A DNA stretch of 9,298 nucleotides. Origin: Azolla caroliniana (lineage: Eukaryota; Plantae; Polypodiophyta). Shown here in pieces: positions 1-9,298 of the stretch. The notes under the pieces were generated by a model. It was not told the origin of the DNA, did not search any database, and saw nothing but the letters and a program-made list of their open reading frames with translations. Position numbers and translations under genes: made by a program. The stretch covers positions 1 through 9,298 of the forward strand of contig JBHGNT010001373.1 in assembly GCA_043228905.1 (NCBI GenBank). Reading direction: 5' to 3'. Positions within the stretch are counted from its first letter, which is position 1. Each line of letters begins with the position of its first letter.

Positions 1-167
1 ACGGGTGGAGGACCCTCTCGGACGGCGACGGCATCTCCTTGTTCGGCGCGAGGCACGTGTGGGTCGACCACGTGTCCCTCGCCCGATGCTCCGATGGTCT
101 CCTCGACGCCATCATGGGCTCCACCGCCATCACCGTGTCCAACAGCTACTTCTCTCAACACAACAAG
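1..167 (+). CDS. Pectate lyase exon (5'-truncated; frame starts at nt 3)
   Basis: [31 protein letters not shown]; donor AAG|GTTTGG at 168. Confidence 0.95.
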
Positions 168-1679
168 GTTTGGCCTACTACTTCTACTAGGTGGTCGAGT
201 GTCTAGTGTCCCGAAAAACACGCATTTTCATTCTAAGGAAAGTTTTCCCGACGCCCGACACCGATCTTGAACAAACGTTCATCCCGTAGATTCATTTGTT
301 TGATCTTCGAAACAAAAGATCGACGACATAGATTAATCATGTGTGGGTGTTTGATGCTTTGAACAAACTTGACATACATTTAATTCACGTCCGTCCCCGT
401 AGATTAATCGTGGGCGTCTCAGACAAAAATGACTGGCATTTACATGCCATTATGCTTTTTTAAATATGTTTAAATGTTAACTTAAATTTTCACTTTCGAT
501 CGATGGTGTAAGTTTGAAATACCCAATTTTTCTTGTGTTGTGATCATCTTGAGTCAGGTCATGCTTCTCGGACATAGCGATGAATACATTGCGGACAAGT
601 CAATGCAAGTCACGATTGCGTTCAATCATTTTGGAGAAGGATGTGTCCAACGTATGCCGAGGTATAGATAAGTTGTCACTCTTTAATATTATTCGAGAAG
701 TCTTTTGAAAATGGACAACTTAGGGCCGTCACTCGGAAAGTAACAAAAAACATGGACATGAGTAAATTGGAGTTTTCCCCACACTATAATGTACATACCA
801 ATGCAACCCATGTGATTCTCCTTAGATTTTCCCCATTTGAGTTACATATGTGAGAGTTATAGTTTGTATCCTTTAATCATCGAAATATATTTCCCCATTT
901 ACAATGTCATTTTGTTTGTTTAACACTTATGCCAACATGTACTCAACATCTAGTCCTCTTCTTTGAACGATGATGTGAAGATGTCGTCATGGATTCTTCG
1001 AGATCATAAACAATGACTACACTCACTGGGAAATGTATGCCATCGGAGGTAGCGCCGCGCCTACTGTCAGTAGTAAAGGCAACCGATACACTGCCCCAAT
1101 GAATCCATTTGCTAAGGATGTAAGTTTTTTATTACAAAGTTAACATTTGATCATGGATAATTTTGTTTTGTTCATTAGTGAGGCTCAAGTTGTGAATGTG
1201 CATTCCTCACCTAGGAATTACTATGATAGGGCCTTTTGAAACATAGTAAAACTTGGAAAGAAGTCCAAGGGCTCCATAAGAAATGTAAGGGAAATTTTAG
1301 CAAGGAAATCTAATCATTTCTAGGGTTTATGAGATTTCCACTCGCAATATTACATTATATGATATATCTGGATATAGTTCTTGAAAATATTAGGAGTCCA
1401 AATATATAGATAGACTAACAATATATATGTGCGAAAATGTATTGGAAGGTTACAATGAGGATGGACACAAAAGAGAGCCAATGGGAGACATGGGATTGGC
1501 GTTCTGAGGGAGATTTGCTTGTCAATGGGGCTTTCTTTGTAACTTCTGGTGATGGCGCTTTTAATTCGAATTACGAGAAGGCCGCATCGGTAGGTGGATT
1601 GGCAAAACCTTCGTCACTTGTTGCAATCCTCACTGCAGATGCTGGAGCTCTACGCTGCAAATCTGGGTCGACATGTTAG
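1..1679 (+). CDS. Pectate lyase (PL1 / pectate lyase-like family), 3' part; exons <1-167, 558-661, 981-1119, 1449-1679
   Basis: Spliced translation [55 protein letters not shown]|[35 protein letters not shown]|[46 protein letters not shown]|[30 protein letters not shown]...[11 protein letters not shown]. It shows PL1 hallmarks: DGD, WVDH and DGLLD (Ca-binding Asp region) and catalytic RxPxxR. GT-AG introns with phases 0, 2, 0 keep the frame. Confidence 0.97.
558..661 (+). CDS. Pectate lyase internal exon
   Basis: CAG|GTC acceptor; VMLLGHSD...[14 protein letters not shown](R); donor AG|GTATAG. Confidence 0.95.
981..1119 (+). CDS. Pectate lyase internal exon
   Basis: AAG|A acceptor; (R)[32 protein letters not shown]; donor GAT|GTAAGT. 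Confidence 0.95.
1449..1679 (+). CDS. Pectate lyase terminal exon
   Basis: AAG|GTT acceptor with a CTAAC branch motif at 1415-1419; [23 protein letters not shown]...AGALRC....C; stop TAG at 1677-1679. Confidence 0.93.
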   Translation, partial: VTMRMDTKESQWETWDWRSEGDLLVNGAFFVTSGDGAFNSNYEKAASVGGLAKPSSLVAILTADAGALRCKSGSTC

Positions 1680-2065
1680 TTTAAGCTTTTCTAGCCCTCT
1701 TTCAAGCAATTTCATGGATATAAACACATGACTTGTCCCCACGCAATGTAGGGGACAATTACCATGTCCTTGGTCATGTACATGTTCCTCTCAATAATTA
1801 TAGGCAAGATAGATTCTCCTACCTCTTTATGCAACATCCTTATAACAACAAATAGGTTTGGTGGTTAGTTTTGTGATCTTTCCTCATGTGTGTCTAACTA
1901 GTTGTAGCACATACAATCGCTTGAAACCTTTTCTCTTGTGCAACATGTACATACATGTTGTTATGACTTTAAATACGATGTTACTCCTAAACTTCATTCA
2001 AATCATATACAATATTCTTGCCCTTTCTAGGGTTGTATTTATGCAAATATTTGTTTAGTAGATTC

Positions 2066-2184
2066 AAGGACTCTCCAATATCCTTATAATCCATAATCAA
2101 AGTGTCAAGCTTGTTCATCTTTTCACCATGGTTATTGATGTATTAAGGGCTCTCCATATCCTTATAAAACACCATGTCAAGCTT
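2066..2184. repeat. Diverged direct duplication, ~72-79 bp spacing
   Basis: AAGGACTCTCCAATATCCTTATAA (2066-2089) and TGTCAAGCTT (2103-2112) recur as AAGGGCTCTCCATATCCTTATAA (2145-2167) and TGTCAAGCTT (2175-2184). Confidence 0.75.
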
Positions 2185-2544
2185 CATAACAAACTAACTT
2201 GCTTATTTAATCTTCCATGAGTATATGTGTAACCATTACTAATTGCAATATCATGCTAACAAACATTTCAACTTCCCTGAAAGTTTTATAAACATGTTAT
2301 TTTTCCACAATGTTTAAACAATATCTCAATGCCATGACCTATATCTTTCACAATCTCTTTTGTCATTTACATTGAAGATCAACATAGCGAATGAGCTAGA
2401 ACTCATGTCATTCTTATGAGTGTTAAAGTGCATGCTAGAATTTGCATACGAAACACATGACGGCATGAGCTTCAAGGATATGTGGAAGGATATTAATTAA
2501 GGGTATTGTCTGAAGAGTTGTCTAATGGGTATGTACAAGTTGTT

Positions 2545-2640
2545 GATAAGGGAAAGGAAGTTCATAAGGAGATCATCGACAAGGGATTGCTAGAAAAACA
2601 TGTTGTACTATACTTGGCAATGTGTTGGGAGATATTTATG
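2545..2640 (+). pseudogene. PPR (PLS-class) gene fragment
   Basis: DKGKEVHKEIIDKGLLEKHVV, then after a 5-nt TACTA duplication LGNVLGDIY. This resembles the PLS PPR pattern DKGKxIHxEIxxxGLLExDVVLGNALVDMY. Followed by a stop. Confidence 0.6.
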
Positions 2641-2879
2641 TCTTGGCAACCTAAGAGCAATTGGAAAAGGTAAAAATCTATGTTGAAGTTGTTAAGATGT
2701 TTGAAAGCGTCCATGTATCATGTAAATCACATTAGGCATAATATAAACCATTGGTGGAAGAAAGAAAAGGGGGGTTTGAAGAGATAATTCTATAGGAGGC
2801 ATGTGTCAATGTTTCACATTTGATCATTGGACATCAATTGGTTTTCTTTGGATCATGCTCCATTCCACTCATTTGGTAT

Positions 2880-4360
2880 GCTTCGACATTATATGCCTAG
2901 ATTTTGTCCAAGTTCAATTGTTGTTTAGACAATTTTACGGAAATGGGAATTTGAGCATCAATATAACATCAAGTCAAGAAGTGAGTCGGGTGTTAACTAC
3001 GAACATTAATTTAACAATTCCATTCGATGGTGCAATAAGTGTATTGATCAACTAAGTAAAATTGTTTTATTTGTAAACATTTGACACATTTGACAAAGTC
3101 GATGGGTGGGCTTTGTTGCCTACAGGTTTCTAGCACTTCTTTTATCAAAATTGTTTGCTTTCAAATAGATGGTTGCCAATGACTCAAACAATAACGATAA
3201 TGTTAAAAATATTTTCCCGGTCCTCCAACTAACACCATGGTGCAATATATTTTTTGTAACGAAGCAAAAACTATTTGTCAATTTATGCTCAAAGTGAGAT
3301 TTCCGAGGTGAGAGGGATATTGTCTTTTATGGCCCCCAATTTTCATGGTACATTCAATCTGCAATATATCTGAGCACTCAATAAAAAGAGAAGAAAGTTG
3401 GAGAGCAATATTCCACATAGAGAAGATCAAATCGTTAAAGTTATTGAATGAAGATAATGTACCTATAGTCTTAAGGTCACACTTGAGTGAGGACAAGATA
3501 ATGAGCGGAATGAAGATAATATACCTACACTCTTAAGATCGCACTTGAGTGTGGACGACATTATGAGCAACGAGCAAGAGAAGGAATACCATGTCATCAA
3601 CAATGCGACCTTGGTCTTTATCGTGTGGTCTTTTCCACATGAGCTTGAATGCCATCTATTTCTAGCTATAAGTATAATCAATTGCATCTTCATATCTTTT
3701 AAAATATCTGGGCCCACGTTCTTTTCACTTGGTCACATATACATACTACATATAGTTGTATACCTAAAGATAGTGAATTGTAGACCTGGTCTCATGGCAC
3801 TAAAATCGGTGCATTGAGTGAGTGCACAAATTTCTTGCACTTTCATTCTCATACAAATGGATATTATCAACACGTATAATCATTATTAGTACATCCAATG
3901 CAAGGTAATGGTGTCTTGCAAAAAACATCCCTCCTTTCTTTGTAAGCTAACTAAGGATCAATATTGCAAATAGAAGGCTCATAAATTATATTCAAATGGG
4001 GTGATTGACAACTCAAGAAGTGTGCATGAGGTTCCTACCATCCTTTGCGCATTTTTAGTAATCGTACATGTTTTGGTTACAAGTACACTAGGATTGGTTA
4101 AAACATGGCACATGGATGCATTTGATTCGATGATTGCATAAAGATCGAGAAGATCATAGTATTCAAATGGACTATAAAATAAAATTGTTCATTTGTTAAT
4201 CCAGTAAGAATCCAACCCCTCAAAGCTAAGATATCTAGCACAAATACAATTCCTCATTTGTTGATCTTGTGAGACAGTTGTTTACTATACAACCATGTTC
4301 AGAATCATGGGTCACTATGCATTAAAAGAAGATCCGACATTTGTGAGTGACCCGACAATG
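2880..4360 (-). pseudogene. Decayed LRR receptor ectodomain (LRR-RLK, subfamily XII-like); possible kinase remnants continue to ~2070
   Basis: Collinear frameshifted plant-LRR motifs: GIVFVLDILALRGWILTG (4253-4200), IHLYENE (3862-3842), SSLKCDLKTIGTLSSFNNF..SMWNIALQLSSLFIE (ORF 3496-3278), IKDNI(P)SHLGNLT (3330-3293), TGKIFLTLSLLFESLATIYLKANNF (3221-3147), PSTLSNVSN (3105-3079). Many stops and frameshifts; boundaries are approximate. Confidence 0.55.
3446..3569. repeat. Tandem duplication, 2 x 62 bp
   Basis: 3446-3507 vs 3508-3569, ungapped, 52/62 identical (GAATGAAGATAAT.TACCTA...TCTTAAG.TC.CACTTGAGTG.GGAC...). Confidence 0.9.
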
Positions 4361-5739
4361 TATCTATGATGTTTTGCATGGTGAGCCAACCATGAATATA
4401 ATTTTCAATGATAGGATTCACTATGGGTCTGTAAATGACATCAAACATGGGTTTGAGTCAATAGTTCAAATATCCCTCTCAAGTCAATAGTTGAATGTAC
4501 AAAGTGTGCACGCACTAATATATAAAGATATGAGTTTGGAGAATATTTGAAATTAAGGGAATCTTGTGAGGTTCCTTTAAAATATTGTTGTCATGTTTTG
4601 CATTGTATAACCACGCGAAGTTACAAGAAGCAAATCGCCAATCATCAACACACATATTTTTTCTTAAGATTAACTGGTATTATGGATGGGCTATATGTAT
4701 TACCATATTTTAAACCACATGACCTGTACATAACTAACTAAGGTTTTGCATTTTAAGATTGTGTTGTACATTGAGTACATAGTCATTGTTGACATTACAT
4801 GACTTCTTTCTAACATATGTTAGTCGCACTTTAATTTATCCTCAATAAGTTTACCATGTAACCTCTATATTGAAAATAATACTAAACCACACCATAACAT
4901 TCATTATTTCCATATTGCCTCTTATGTCACGTGGACGTGATTAAGAAACAATCAAAGCATGCCTTGAATTGAATAGCCCTTTGTTCCTAGATTCTACTAT
5001 AGAATTCCAAGTTTGTAACATCAGTTCTTCAAATTTGAGAAACAAGACAATCTCATTGATCAGTTCATAATTGGTTTCGCAATAACGCAGCTGCATTCAC
5101 ATATCATATATGACAGCACCATCCAAGAAAGCATCATCAGTTTCCTTGTAAAGTTTCATAATAATTTTTGTAATTGTCTGCTTGTAAATTAAAAATCGTG
5201 TTCTTGTAAACAATTAATACAGTTGAACACTTCCTGAATGTTCCAAAAGTTGCATAGCAGAAGATTAAGCTCATAGCCAAATCAAAATATATAGCTCTAT
5301 CATGTCAAAGGATTATATCTAGACTCTACATTCACTCTTCACAATGGAACTCAATCATTGTCTTCTTGACTTCTTAATATTGGATCAGAGTTGTTTGAAA
5401 CTCTAATGTCCACAATATGATTCTTTCTTTCATTTTGTTTAGTAACAACTTACACCCCTAATGAGAAGCCTCAATTTAAACTCACAATAAACAAACCAAC
5501 AATTCAAAGAAATTGAAACTAAAGAGAGACGTGACAAATCTCCATTATGCATACACACAATATATATGGCAAAATAGAATTCTCTCAGTGGATTTCAAAG
5601 TGCATTGGAATTGAGAGATAGCAATCGCAAACAAGAAGGCATTTGTGCACTTTCCATAGAGATTGCCCATTGCTAGATGTGTGTATAAGAATGTATCGAG
5701 AAAAAGCTCTTGAATTTTTGTTTTTTCACATGTTTAGAG

Positions 5740-9298
<3,559 letters not shown>

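Noticed and set aside
5-190. 61-aa Arg/His-rich ORF
   Set aside because: Off-frame shadow of the GC-rich pectate lyase exon; the real frame starts at nt 3.
4456-4492. 11-bp direct repeat AGTCAATAGTT
   Set aside because: Too short, with only 15 bp between copies; ordinary slippage or an unprovable excision footprint.
1858-4741. Plus-strand ORFs 1858-2058, 2801-3055, 3345-3536, 3545-3817 and 4547-4741
   Set aside because: No recognisable motifs; several are antisense shadows of the LRR remnant.

Overview
Intron-containing plant nuclear DNA; the PPR-like remnant hints at a fern or other early-diverging vascular plant (inference only). Two convergent, 5'-truncated genes flank a ~4 kb spacer. 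On + are the last four exons of a polysaccharide lyase family 1 pectate lyase (1-167, 558-661, 981-1119, 1449-1679). On - are the last seven exons of a BSK-family (RLCK-XII) brassinosteroid-signalling kinase with C-terminal TPRs (9298-9179, 9097-8992, 8671-8586, 8448-8260, 7283-7119, 6863-6750, 5979-5740). All introns are GT-AG and keep the frame. The spacer appears to hold a heavily decayed minus-strand LRR receptor kinase, a plus-strand PPR fragment and small duplications. The last BSK intron holds a candidate ~560 bp TIR element with a near-perfect 3x91 bp tandem array; each unit carries a perfect heat-shock-element motif and a hairpin. I found no clearly novel biological system. The intronic element and the fossil receptor kinase are the best leads. 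All calls are by eye, without database searches.
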